IMG/VR virus record: IMGVR_UViG_3300042937_000753
Span: 23,483 to 87,482 of that record
Source of the DNA: a virus
DNA: 64,000 nt
Direction: 5' to 3' (one strand)
The translations under genes and the position numbers were made by a program. The notes beneath the pieces were generated by a model. That model was given only the letters and a program-made list of their open reading frames with translations, had not been told where the DNA came from and did no database searches. Below, piece after piece: positions 21,401 through 29,526 of the stretch; the first letter of the stretch is position 1; each line of letters begins with the position of its first letter.

Positions 21401-22999
21401 TCTCTTATTGAAAGAGAATACCATGGTAAACAATTCAGCGGGGAAGGAAGCTCTATCTATTTAGATAAATTCATGGGTCAATTACAAAAACTTTCTGCAA
21501 GAGCTTCATTAGCTGTTAATATTTCTTCGGATTTAAAAAATAGATACGGTCAGATTGTACAGAACATGCTTGAATCTGCTGGAGGTGAGTTTATTACACC
21601 AAAAGATTTAGCTCAAGCTAGACTATGGGCTGCAACAACAATGATAGAATGGACATCAAAAAGTGTTTACACTAAAGGAGTACCTGCATTATCATCTCAA
21701 ATCATAGAGATGTTTGACTCAGCATTTAAATTCAAAGATGACTTTGGTAGATCTGTTTCTAGAAACATGGGTAAAGATATGATGAATGGTGAGTGGATGT
21801 ATAACATCAGAAAGAATCTGGAGATGGAGGCTGCCTTACAATTATTTGGGGCATTTCTTAATGGACAAAAAGTAGAACAGAAACTTTCTAATGGTAAAAC
21901 AATCACTGTTAATTACAAAGATGCATGGCAAGTTAATAAAGATACTGGTATAGCTGAATTAAAACCCGGTATTGATCCAGCATGGAGTAATAGAACAATT
22001 ACACATGATTTTCAAAGAGGTCAAACTTTGGAGGATATAGCAGCAATGTATGGTGTTACTGTAGATGAAATTAAAGAAAGAAATAAAATTGTAAATGTTT
22101 TAGAATTTGAAGATAATCAAGAAATAATTATTGCTAAATCAGAAAAATTCAAACAATTTAGAAATAAATTTCAAGGTGTATCCCATAAATTATATGGTTC
22201 ATATGATGACTTTGCACAAGCAGAGGGTAATCTATACTTACCATATAGAATGTTTACTTTCATGAGAAAGTGGTTTGTCCCTATGCTTACAAATAGATGG
22301 GGTGCTCGTGTTGAAATTGAAGATGGTAAATTCTGGTCTCCCAAACTCAATAAAAGATATGATTGGATGACTGGTAAAACTAATCTTGGTTTCTATCTTA
22401 ATGCCTATATTGGAATGAAAGAGTTAATTAAGAGTAAAGGAAAGTATTGGTCTTATATGCCTGAAGATCAAAAGAGAGATCTAATGAAAACATTAGCTGA
22501 ATCATTATTTATTATTACATCAGCTCTCTTAGCTTCAATGTTATTTGGATATGATCCTGATGATAAAGAAAGATTTAAAAAATTAGAAGCTAGATCTGGA
22601 GCTCTTGGTACTGATGATTTTAAAACTTGGGGTTTCATACAAAATCATATGTTGATCTTATTATTAGGTACACAAATGGAATCTTCAGCTTTTGTTCCGC
22701 TTCCAACAATGTTTGGAGTAAATCTTGGAGCAGATGACTATATTAAAATTGCTACAACTACCACATCTTCATTTGGAAATACCGTAGGGTTATATGCAAA
22801 AATGATGGAGGATGTATTTAAATTAATGACTTTTAATGATAAAGCTTATTATAGTAGAAAAGAAGGTGAATATTGGTGGCAACAAAAGGATGTACCTAAA
22901 ATATATGGTAGATTACTTAAATCTGTTGGTATCACTGGTTCAACAGGAGATGTAACTCAATCACTTGAAGGTCTTGAAAATGCAGGTAAACTTAAATAA
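15422..22999 (+). CDS. Giant virion/ejection protein 3 with NTase-like, zincin, LysM and C-terminal hydrophobic segments
   Basis: NTase-like LSGSLVL...HDIDG...KINMGRGKDLADL; HELSH...EEALA metallopeptidase; LysM-like HDFQRGQTLEDIAAMYGVTVDEIKERN; hydrophobic helix ESLFIITSALLASMLFG. Confidence 0.75.
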   Translation: MFCESKSTVLKDLKEKGILGEYNDVLNTIEFEKFNKEFTRFIELKYNLNTGGELAFSTYETQTRFPYSSRYYRDDIQTTIYAQTNEPLFEALDEERIKADIKNEVKDRDVLNEPEAEYPEDDLMNPMFMREPSYLQHRFNSETKKAMLSFIEGLNIKVVDGLDEIIPSSRRTWIDKNGNMQTREDPLAAFDLLQKFLALKENISDKNVSMQTANIIYSFLGKKSKLGIELWKGINSWSKYQEVYDKYNNKKLRGQEEQVVEQPMQYGENSLAEDKIKEVYEYDPARFNAWAHKQTIIEFLSSMLIIGIDNNYIGKKRTNPDIAKEYFESLGYKDKYAKDWITRMFNRFMNWIKEHILNNKAITIYKEAELRDTVLDIVDDVYKKNYIKFIRSYYENPTTGKFFNAKGQEFEQKFYDESLKRDPFAKEIVDKLFNAPYEYFLSGSLVLRKYGRVIRALSEDLHDIDGVISLQQFESEKNATQFLKWIEERGVPLSRERTTKNSKQFIKELMPYLEGQSWYEDLKKQFPTWTFKAAFIGKDHKKGESVTISGYVEHPTETVLVQNADGSAATDFFNAEDNGKTLPKRYVLDFFLRTQEGNYPEVFDHYYKDWKQIFEAKINMGRGKDLADLIYFQPFREDKYKYTNKGFRYFTFADDVITNMPDITEFKVDEQAIKNQRSKEAANALGQKIAQALGVQYMYITDAQAKQILESRKKTYNGEPAFFFGGTVYIVGDNVNFDTVLHELSHPLLRAIFKENPKLFNNLYEALKATTEGDIIIQHVKDNYPELKEESPLFKEEALAYALQRKAANKVTNQIESLGFEGFIGKLLDALRNMLKKIFGSKTRVSEIDVNTSIDKLADMLLEDSFEYETDFVTNDDLVAYAREIKEMAEKLTKDVKAEKIQEGINEMYATTQLIYEKAINFRTRSPQYQRMLKEALFVKGETNELLPKIKRILFGYQTVSGQEKFTIDDAIKNAVEAERMRNEDLINRARSFVNTVGIVNNIAKNIYQDLDAMDRSNSFNSRDAIALLFLYRSSIRSYNDMFNSFDEMIANEEGFDINQTNDIIDLINEAKNNLMRSDKKIRDIYKANSVDFYVEITGYMNDFLKEELGKNLRNALTDKLSEKEIDDLYNIAITQKLDDQTAEELYTNLEKKGVESKYIKKFIDDYNAFLVNQDKITDGLSGKLRDVSWFNRFFESYTSSNDPIVGGLAIFINDQKTEASQRALDKSYKFRKELEPLLQKVGYTTLKTRQLTDMLMFKDKLLYIDPKTKKPIEKEVFTFLNEFGNGWRYKQDLLEYQVDEALASEDDDKIRTATNALKQFKKDYMWDDYIPEFYEKDAVFEKYGELGKMAWLSRKMALDKFNNESNEISDELERFQKYSTLQELWREYQMLSSLKYADGTSKVDDPATGVYDLSIAKILLEHKESTKDYYEFAPRPGSLQTSFNQFLSLAESNGEDLVKAKDEWIKQNIRIAYTQEFYDSRKELTAKLKQIQDKVNSVIGSEFDISNAYNEIYNLMFAYKDQQGQPIPSELGVDKMKMIKELNQKIINYKAAFDTKTGLSNEDAEELELYIAINKKNPERLTPEQKLRYRELLMQQTKTGLSLAEVATMQSVYAELSSLTQKVSTEYYVDSINEHLQRLNVATLTVDQVDNFINSDEMKNLLASDGKFVDWFVTNHVSRKVKNRKTRKMELKYERSMANSISIPKNEKYYEKTTLFNELTGKDETFRGLPNARHSTYKVKDKYRTGYDPTTGEVKLEVGVHIDNKGQPLPRAFKVGDKNSALNDDFINKDYMRLKEQPNSPRFQLLELMKKAHLSFQEDKSNKSKLYLDMPRYVLRDNLSRLQAGKFGERYNQIKKGITQSLKDSFGQAVDENELEHNYERDNNLEEYRMVNTDLNSEEVSYIPVSGMYNLETDNTDPDVIRGMFKYLLSLETQSKLHETLPLVNSILETLADPANAPKTPNTYSKTIKKIKGKLQHTVKPGASNNRLGQVRSLIEREYHGKQFSGEGSSIYLDKFMGQLQKLSARASLAVNISSDLKNRYGQIVQNMLESAGGEFITPKDLAQARLWAATTMIEWTSKSVYTKGVPALSSQIIEMFDSAFKFKDDFGRSVSRNMGKDMMNGEWMYNIRKNLEMEAALQLFGAFLNGQKVEQKLSNGKTITVNYKDAWQVNKDTGIAELKPGIDPAWSNRTITHDFQRGQTLEDIAAMYGVTVDEIKERNKIVNVLEFEDNQEIIIAKSEKFKQFRNKFQGVSHKLYGSYDDFAQAEGNLYLPYRMFTFMRKWFVPMLTNRWGARVEIEDGKFWSPKLNKRYDWMTGKTNLGFYLNAYIGMKELIKSKGKYWSYMPEDQKRDLMKTLAESLFIITSALLASMLFGYDPDDKERFKKLEARSGALGTDDFKTWGFIQNHMLILLLGTQMESSAFVPLPTMFGVNLGADDYIKIATTTTSSFGNTVGLYAKMMEDVFKLMTFNDKAYYSRKEGEYWWQQKDVPKIYGRLLKSVGITGSTGDVTQSLEGLENAGKLK

Positions 23000-23005
23000 T
23001 AAATA

Positions 23006-23149
23006 ATGGCAAAAACAACAACAACAATTTCAACAAGAGCTTACTTTAAACCTAAAGTTTCCCGTCCCGGGGTACATGCTAAGACTAAAACTAGTAAGTC
23101 CAGAAAATCAAAAAACTATAAGAAATCTTATAGAGGACAAGGTAGGTAA
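23006..23149 (+). CDS. 47-aa highly basic peptide ending in KKSYRGQGR (not in the ORF track)
   Basis: ATG is 6 nt after the previous stop. Translation: MAKTTTTISTRAYFKPKVSRPGVHAKTKTSKSRKSKNYKKSYRGQGR. The YRGQGR C-terminus is typical of a small basic phage protein family. Confidence 0.8.
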   Translation: MAKTTTTISTRAYFKPKVSRPGVHAKTKTSKSRKSKNYKKSYRGQGR

Positions 23150-23150
23150 G

Positions 23151-23184
23151 AAAAAAAAAGGGGAGAGCCATTACAGCCCTCCCC
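23151..23184. terminator. Intrinsic terminator at the convergence of the + and - gene blocks
   Basis: A-run followed by GGGGAG-AGC-loop-GC-CCTCCCC hairpin. Confidence 0.7.
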
Positions 23185-23527
23185 ATTCTAATTCAAATAA
23201 CTGCCAAAATAGATCTAGTGTTTCTTCTTCTACTTTTTCTTTTGGCCAAGTTTCTATATCATCCTGAAAATGATTAGTATCAAATCCAAATACCCACCAA
23301 TCTTCAGGTGCATTTTCACCATTTCCAAAATCTGAATAAGTCAATCCGCCATGAATACTTATTTGTTGAGCTTCATCCTCAAACATATAATAAACTTCAT
23401 CATAATGTTTTTTATACAAAATATGGCTAGGTGGTATTGCTACATAACCATTTCCCCAACCTTTTTTCATTACAGGAAATCCATCTCCCCGTTTCCAATG
23501 TTTATTTGGAAGTACATACCATATCAT
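23171..23527 (-). CDS. Conserved phage hypothetical protein (GYV...HGGLTYS...WWVFGFDT type)
   Basis: ORF with GNGYVAIP, HGGLTY and WVFGFDTNH motifs common in phage proteins. Confidence 0.7.
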   Translation of the reverse strand: MIWYVLPNKHWKRGDGFPVMKKGWGNGYVAIPPSHILYKKHYDEVYYMFEDEAQQISIHGGLTYSDFGNGENAPEDWWVFGFDTNHFQDDIETWPKEKVEEETLDLFWQLFELEWGGL

Positions 23528-23712
23528 TCTTCATCATCTTCTTCACAACAATCACATTTTTCTGACTCTTGTTGTCCATATTCATTATCAAACCATTCTC
23601 TAGCTGTTGCTTTTGTTGGTCTTTCATAACAACCACAATACATACTCTCAGCTCCTGACATGTATGCTTCAATCAATGCTTTTTTAAATGCTACTGGATG
23701 CATCTGTCTCAA
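23524..23712 (-). CDS. Small hypothetical protein
   Basis: ORF overlapping neighbours in operon style; the start may be the second Met. Confidence 0.55.
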   Translation of the reverse strand: MRQMHPVAFKKALIEAYMSGAESMYCGCYERPTKATAREWFDNEYGQQESEKCDCCEEDDEE

Positions 23713-24091
23713 CTTTAATAAACTTACTTAACTCTGGTCTGAAGTATCCAGGACCTTTAAGTATCTTTCCATCCTCTCTTAATAAAGGCTTACCATTCTC
23801 ACCTAATTTACTCATATTACTAGCTTGTATTTCATCAAATACATCTTCTATAATATTTTGCATACCATGCTTAAGAATAGTACCACAAAGAATGTATAGC
23901 TGATCACCTAAAGCATCTGCAACTTCTACTATAGATTTATTATAGCATGCCTCTAGATACTCATCATTTTCTTCTTTCATTAGACTATGTCTTAGATCAA
24001 ATTCTGATGTTGGTATTAATGTTGGCCATTTACCATCTTCTTGTCCAAAAGCTTTGTGGAACTTTGCCACTGATTTTAATTGTTTTTCCAT
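23684..24091 (-). CDS. MazG-like / PRA-PH family nucleoside triphosphate pyrophosphohydrolase
   Basis: LMKEENDEY...EVADALGDQLY...SNMSKLG...REDGKILKGP motifs. Confidence 0.9.
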   Translation of the reverse strand: MEKQLKSVAKFHKAFGQEDGKWPTLIPTSEFDLRHSLMKEENDEYLEACYNKSIVEVADALGDQLYILCGTILKHGMQNIIEDVFDEIQASNMSKLGENGKPLLREDGKILKGPGYFRPELSKFIKVETDASSSI

Positions 24092-24102
24092 GTTGTAAAT
24101 TT

Positions 24103-24134
24103 AAAAAAAAAAGGGATAGCCGAAGCTACCCCTT
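24103..24134 (-). terminator. Intrinsic terminator with C(UUCG)G loop
   Basis: Minus strand AAGGGGTAGC-TTCG-GCTATCCCTT followed by a T-run. Confidence 0.85.
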
Positions 24135-24174
24135 ATGTGATAAATCAATAAATCCTTATTGGCTAACAAGGATG

Positions 24175-25443
24175 TCAAAAGAAATCTGGAGTAGTATCTA
24201 CTTCAGATTCCGTGTCATTAAAATCTAAATCAAAATCAGATTCTGTACTGTCAGGTTGTTTTTCCACTATTAAATCTAAGCTAGCTTCATCATCATCTTC
24301 TGGATCTGGAATAACCGGAGCTTCAAATGTATTACCTGCAGGATCAGTATAAACTACAGTTTCATCTTGGGGAAAAATGGACGTTGATTTTTCAGGACTA
24401 ATTTCCCTTTCTATTGGAGTTAGTATTGAACCTAACACAGCATCATCATCCTCATCTATGTCAAATGGAACTTCCTCAGCTTCATCAAGACTTTCAAGTA
24501 TTTCTTCCACCTGGTGCACAATCTCTAACATTTCAGGGTCTTGTTGCACCACTTGATTATCAGCTAGTTCCGCTTCAGCATATTTAACATCTTCATCCAT
24601 TTGATCTGCTTCCAAGTCTGCAATCTGATCTAGTAAACTTAACTGATTAGGATCAACAAACTCTGACTCAGTTACAATTGGTGTTGCAGTATATAACGCA
24701 ACTGGTGCACTTAAAACGGGAACTGGTGCACTAAAATTACCAATGGTACCAATAAAATAATGCAACATCCGTTGATCTTCCATCCAAGTTTTAGGATGTG
24801 ATAACTGTAATGCATTAGTAACAAAGTTATAGAATGCCCATAAACTATCAGTATTAGCAAATACTTGTTGTGGTTTCTTCATTTGATCTCTAATCATACT
24901 AGCTTGCTCCGTAGTAAGAATCTCATACTCTGCAAACAATACTCCTAGAAGCTGAGACTGTTTTCTTCTATTAAGTGTTATAGTTTCCATTGTAACTTTA
25001 TCAGAACACAATTGAGTATAATACATATAAGCATTTGCAATGTATGTATCAATTGTATCTTTTGTTTCTGTATCTGCAGTTCCAGTATGCTTTCTAACCC
25101 ATGAACCAACTTCTCCAGAAATCATAACTGATCCTGTTTGGTTTATGTAAGCACCAACTACACATTTAAACTTTACTTGTTTATTATAACTGTTTGTCCA
25201 AGCAAACATCATTGACAACTCTGGGTCATTATTAAAGTTTAGTTTATAAATTCCCTGAGCAATTTGTCCGTCAGCAGTACATCTGTACTCCTCTTCTACA
25301 ATTCCAAACCCTGCAGTAGCAAGGGCTTGATAAGCATAATCAATAACAAACTGATGGCTAATTACAGTGTAAGTAGCAGCATGGTTTGGTAAAGGAACAC
25401 TAATTAAAGTGGCCTTTGTTGTGTTTTGTATTTTCTTTGGCAT
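24175..25443 (-). CDS. DUF932/DUF945-like protein with a long acidic C-terminal tail
   Basis: YTVISH...NSYNKQ...RKHTG...SLWAFYNFVT pattern, then a D/E-rich tail. Confidence 0.65.
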   Translation of the reverse strand: MPKKIQNTTKATLISVPLPNHAATYTVISHQFVIDYAYQALATAGFGIVEEEYRCTADGQIAQGIYKLNFNNDPELSMMFAWTNSYNKQVKFKCVVGAYINQTGSVMISGEVGSWVRKHTGTADTETKDTIDTYIANAYMYYTQLCSDKVTMETITLNRRKQSQLLGVLFAEYEILTTEQASMIRDQMKKPQQVFANTDSLWAFYNFVTNALQLSHPKTWMEDQRMLHYFIGTIGNFSAPVPVLSAPVALYTATPIVTESEFVDPNQLSLLDQIADLEADQMDEDVKYAEAELADNQVVQQDPEMLEIVHQVEEILESLDEAEEVPFDIDEDDDAVLGSILTPIEREISPEKSTSIFPQDETVVYTDPAGNTFEAPVIPDPEDDDEASLDLIVEKQPDSTESDFDLDFNDTESEVDTTPDFF

Positions 25444-27429
25444 TTAAAATAAACTTAATTGGTTTACTCTTGGATCAAAGTTTTCTATTTCTTTGTTTAC
25501 TTTGTCCAAATAGTAATCATAGTTAATATTATATTGTTCAATGGATTTTTCTTCATGGTCAATATACAATGTCTGCATCCATTTACCTGCTTCAATTTGT
25601 ATTTCTCTATTATCTGACCTATGTGTTTTTATAATTTTGGAGCCTTCTTTAGACATAAAATAACGGAGTGTATGCTGTAATTTTTCAGTTTTATACTCAC
25701 CCTTTACTACTTTATGTTCTATAAACTTCCAATCACCTTTTATCTTTACTCCACCACAAAAATCAAATATGTTATTATTTGATGTAATTGTAATCCAAGG
25801 TTCAATCCCATGTACAAAATAATAAAACAATGTTTTGGATACAACTAGAAAGCTTTTGTTTTTATGAAGAGCTAAATTATGAAATTCAAACCTGCCTTTA
25901 CACTTTGTATTGGCATAATAGAACTTACCATTTTCTTCTTTAAAAAGATCATGTGGATATTCTTTCTTTAATTTTTCATACACATCTTTATTTACATCAG
26001 CATATTCAGAAACTGCTATGTAGTTATTAACGTCACCAATAATAATCTTTTGGTAGGTTCCGTGTTCCAGTTGCAAGCTTGTAAGCTTTTCCCATTCAGC
26101 ACATATTTCCATATACTGATCTACATACTTCCTAGGAATAAGTGTTTCAAGACCATCTGTATTTTGCATTAGTGGAATTGCTCCGGGAATCTTTTCACAA
26201 ATCATCTCATACAATATACTAAGGCTAAGCTGACCATTGATTGTAATCTGCATACCAAACTGAGGATCATACAAAAAACTATTTTCATCTATACTCAAAC
26301 CAAATGTTGAATTTAAAATGATCTTATATACATAATTCTTTGGATCTTTCTTAGGTATCTTCTTTCTTTCTTCAAAGAACCATTCATACAGATTGCAAAA
26401 ATCTTTTTTAGGTAAATGAGCTGGAGACCAACCATTTCTAATAGCAAGATTAGGATAATAACTAACAACATCTGATGTCATTATTACCATATCCTCGTTA
26501 GATGTATAAACACCACTTTCTTTAGCACCATGAATACCACCTAATCCATAATCAGTTTTGATACCTTTATATTGTACAGAATATTTAAAACCTCCTTTGG
26601 TTTCCCCAGGATATATAACTACTTCATTGAACTTATTTAAAAGTCTTTGAAAAGTAGCAGTTTCAAACTTGATATAAGGAAGAATTATCTCTGATACATT
26701 TATTTGATTTCTTTTAGTTCTCATTTGTCTGAGTTCCCATTTCTTAATTCCAGTTTGCTTACTTAAAAAGTGTAAGAATAACTCTTTAGAAATTCTAGGC
26801 TCAGATGCTGAGAATAAATCAATATCATATTCTTCTGTTAAAGTTTTTCTTAAATCAATCTGACTTTTACTCAGATACATAATTTGTTTAGTAGACTTAA
26901 CATCATTAATACAATATTTTATAATTTCTGGAATCTGCTCTTTTGCAATATTTGTAGAATGGTGTATAGGCATATCAATGATATTCCTCCAATCCATACT
27001 AAATTGTATCCACTTAAGACTAGATCTTTTAGCTGGGTTATCCCAGTGATTTAATTTAAATACATCTATCTGTCTAATACTTAATTGCTTAGGAGAAAAT
27101 TCAGAAAATTCATTTCTATTTTGACCATTAATAATATCTTGAGCTTTTCCATATAAAAATTCAGCTATAGTTTCACCATTCTGAATTAACAAATGCTCAT
27201 GATTTCTTATAATATGCTCAGTAATTTGACTGTCAAAGCTTAGACCATTAAAACTAATGTGCCACTCATTTGCATCACGGTTCTTCTTTAGAAAGTTAAC
27301 TAAGTCTTCTATGTCATTTTTAGATTCATGACAGACAAAAACTTCTTGATGTTCAGATTTTACATCTTCAAAAACTGCTATAAAACAGTTTGATAAAGTT
27401 TCATAATCCATTACCCAATGTGTTCTCAT
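25444..27429 (-). CDS. polB: DNA polymerase, family B (phage type)
   Basis: Exonuclease motifs DYET and FNGLSFD; polymerase motifs SDVVSYYPN, KIILNSTFG and QNTDG. Confidence 0.93.
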   Translation of the reverse strand: MRTHWVMDYETLSNCFIAVFEDVKSEHQEVFVCHESKNDIEDLVNFLKKNRDANEWHISFNGLSFDSQITEHIIRNHEHLLIQNGETIAEFLYGKAQDIINGQNRNEFSEFSPKQLSIRQIDVFKLNHWDNPAKRSSLKWIQFSMDWRNIIDMPIHHSTNIAKEQIPEIIKYCINDVKSTKQIMYLSKSQIDLRKTLTEEYDIDLFSASEPRISKELFLHFLSKQTGIKKWELRQMRTKRNQINVSEIILPYIKFETATFQRLLNKFNEVVIYPGETKGGFKYSVQYKGIKTDYGLGGIHGAKESGVYTSNEDMVIMTSDVVSYYPNLAIRNGWSPAHLPKKDFCNLYEWFFEERKKIPKKDPKNYVYKIILNSTFGLSIDENSFLYDPQFGMQITINGQLSLSILYEMICEKIPGAIPLMQNTDGLETLIPRKYVDQYMEICAEWEKLTSLQLEHGTYQKIIIGDVNNYIAVSEYADVNKDVYEKLKKEYPHDLFKEENGKFYYANTKCKGRFEFHNLALHKNKSFLVVSKTLFYYFVHGIEPWITITSNNNIFDFCGGVKIKGDWKFIEHKVVKGEYKTEKLQHTLRYFMSKEGSKIIKTHRSDNREIQIEAGKWMQTLYIDHEEKSIEQYNINYDYYLDKVNKEIENFDPRVNQLSLF

Positions 27430-27471
27430 AGGCTATATGTTCAGTTCAGCTGTTCCCCCTTTTAAGTTTAT

Positions 27472-27507
27472 AAAAAAAAGGAAGGTTACTATACTTCACC
27501 TTCCTTT
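27472..27507 (-). terminator. Intrinsic terminator
   Basis: AAAGGAAGGT/ACCTTCCTTT stem with an A-run (T-run on the minus strand). Confidence 0.7.
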
Positions 27508-27554
27508 CCCCTTCTAAATCATGTCATCCATTATCCATGGCGGGCACAACAATA

Positions 27555-27914
27555 TTACGCTTCTTCTGGAGAAGCTATCATAAACTTCTTATAATCAAAT
27601 TTAGAATTAATACTCATTAGTTTAATCAACTCTTCAATTGCAGTATGATCCTCTACATAGAATTCTTGAAATACTTCAATTTTATGTCTTTCTTGCTTCA
27701 GGCCTTTGGTTCCAGTTACTGGTTGACCATAATCATCAAGTTTAGGTAACATATGTAAAGAAGTTTTCGTGATTTTGGAAATAACCACCAACACTTTGGT
27801 TTCTGGGTCCATTATACATTCTACATAGGGACATGATTCTGTAATTGGAATCATTCTAAAGGTTTGCTTTTCTTGCCATGTGGCTTGAACAAGCATCATT
27901 GATTTTTCACTCAT
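27555..27914 (-). CDS. Conserved crAss-like hypothetical protein
   Basis: 119-aa ORF with its own host-type promoter. Confidence 0.7.
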   Translation of the reverse strand: MSEKSMMLVQATWQEKQTFRMIPITESCPYVECIMDPETKVLVVISKITKTSLHMLPKLDDYGQPVTGTKGLKQERHKIEVFQEFYVEDHTAIEELIKLMSINSKFDYKKFMIASPEEA

Positions 27915-27930
27915 AATTGTTGGTTTTTAA

Positions 27931-27938
27931 CAAAGTTA
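27931..27938 (-). promoter_or_regulatory. Bacteroidota sigma70 -7 element (TAACTTTG)
   Basis: Matches TAnnTTTG, 16 nt upstream of the ATG at 27914. Confidence 0.6.
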
Positions 27939-28502
27939 TTAAATTATTTTTATGTTTTCTAAATCTGCTACCTCTATTAGTAAATTTTCTTTTTCTAAAT
28001 TAGGTTTATCACAGAGTTCACCAACAGACTTGAGCATTGCTATGTCTACTCCAAGAATTTTTGCATATGTTTCATAATGTTTTTCAGGAAACAAATAACT
28101 CTCTACATAGGCATAGTTGCCACTTTTTTTATCAAAGAAATCTAAAATCTTGCGCTTTGTATTTAGTTCCATTTGACTATATTTTCCATTCATAAAGTGT
28201 ACCCAATCAGTACTTAAATCAGAAAAATTAAATGTTACAACTAGAGTTTCATCATCTACTTTAACAAGATCAATCAATCTATTATGTTTAAGAATTATGT
28301 TTTTCTCAAACTGTAGATATTCTTGATCTGTCCTGCAATGATAAACACATACTAGTTTCATATCCTCAGAGTGTACAGTTTTATTCCAACAAACATAAGT
28401 TTCTTTTGGAACAACACTTGTACCCCTTTTTATGCCCAAGAGCGGATAAATAAATATCTTGGACTTTTGGAAATATTTCCTATAAAGCGCATCAATTACC
28501 AT
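27939..28502 (-). CDS. Hypothetical protein in the replication module
   Basis: 187-aa ORF in operon context. Confidence 0.7.
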   Translation of the reverse strand: MVIDALYRKYFQKSKIFIYPLLGIKRGTSVVPKETYVCWNKTVHSEDMKLVCVYHCRTDQEYLQFEKNIILKHNRLIDLVKVDDETLVVTFNFSDLSTDWVHFMNGKYSQMELNTKRKILDFFDKKSGNYAYVESYLFPEKHYETYAKILGVDIAMLKSVGELCDKPNLEKENLLIEVADLENIKII

Positions 28503-28506
28503 AATT

Positions 28507-29526
28507 TTACAATTTTACATTACCAACTGCTAAGTCATATGGTAGATCATATTTTTTATTCTCATAATGCCATTGAGCAATATCAAGAATTTTTCTAAAA
28601 TCTTTTTTCCATAGTGACATAGATTCACTTGACACCTGGAATGGGTAAACTAAATTGTATTTGTCAATTACAATGAAAGTTACTTGAATATTCCATTGAT
28701 GCTTGTCTGGTACATCATTCAAAAACTTTTCTGCAGCTAGTACAAGATAGATAACAGCTTGTATCCAATACTTGTAGTATTCAACAGCTTCAGGAAAATC
28801 CTGAATTGATTTACCAGTTGTTTTTAAATCATTAACAAAGATTGTTTTAGATTCTTTGTCAACAACAACATTGTCAAGAAACCCGTGAAGTCCAAAAGGT
28901 AATTTATCATGATCTATTTTAATGTACAACTCATTAAAAACATCAATGTGATCATCTTCCTCAGTTTTGTCTAGCTGTAATAAAGCTCTTATATCTTTAT
29001 TACTTTTCAGTATTTCAACCTGTGCTTTGCAGCCGCTCAAAGTAGGTTCATCTACTACTGATCTGTCTAAACTATTTTTAAGGAATTCAAAATACTCTTT
29101 GTTCTCTTCAGTGAGAATCTTGTCTAATCTTTGAGCATCTGTTTTAAGATTCTGATAAAGATTTGTTGTAAGTAGTTGTGTGAGTATATCTGTTGAGTAA
29201 TCCTCCAAAAGTAATGAATTATTTCCAATACTACAATGTATACGGAAAATAGTATCAATAATTTTTCTTTGACTGTCTGTAGGAAGTTTACCGGGTAAAC
29301 TTATAAACTTTTTATCATAGTTATCTGGTTCAAACAAGAGACAATGCAGGACACTCCCTCCTACGAGGTGAGCATCCTTACTATCTTCTCTTTGGTTGAG
29401 CACATAATGATTGTAGAATAGTCCAGGTGAATAAAGTAATTTATTTAATCCACTATAACTGAAATAAAATTTGTTCTTATAGAACTTTTCTAGTTCATCA
29501 GAACCATTCAAAATTGTCTGTATCAT
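28507..29526 (-). CDS. PD-(D/E)xK exonuclease (RecE/exonuclease VIII-like)
   Basis: FSYSGL, GSVLHCLL, HGFLDNVV...VNDLKTT and YWIQAVIY motifs. Confidence 0.85.
   Translation of the reverse strand: MIQTILNGSDELEKFYKNKFYFSYSGLNKLLYSPGLFYNHYVLNQREDSKDAHLVGGSVLHCLLFEPDNYDKKFISLPGKLPTDSQRKIIDTIFRIHCSIGNNSLLLEDYSTDILTQLLTTNLYQNLKTDAQRLDKILTEENKEYFEFLKNSLDRSVVDEPTLSGCKAQVEILKSNKDIRALLQLDKTEEDDHIDVFNELYIKIDHDKLPFGLHGFLDNVVVDKESKTIFVNDLKTTGKSIQDFPEAVEYYKYWIQAVIYLVLAAEKFLNDVPDKHQWNIQVTFIVIDKYNLVYPFQVSSESMSLWKKDFRKILDIAQWHYENKKYDLPYDLAVGNVKL

Noticed and set aside
1592-21906. Antisense and alternative-frame ORFs inside the three giant genes
   Set aside because: They are shadow ORFs produced by codon bias, fully nested, with no motifs.
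23076-23267. 63-aa + strand ORF from the track
   Set aside because: It overlaps the better supported 23006-23149 peptide in another frame and runs through the terminator.
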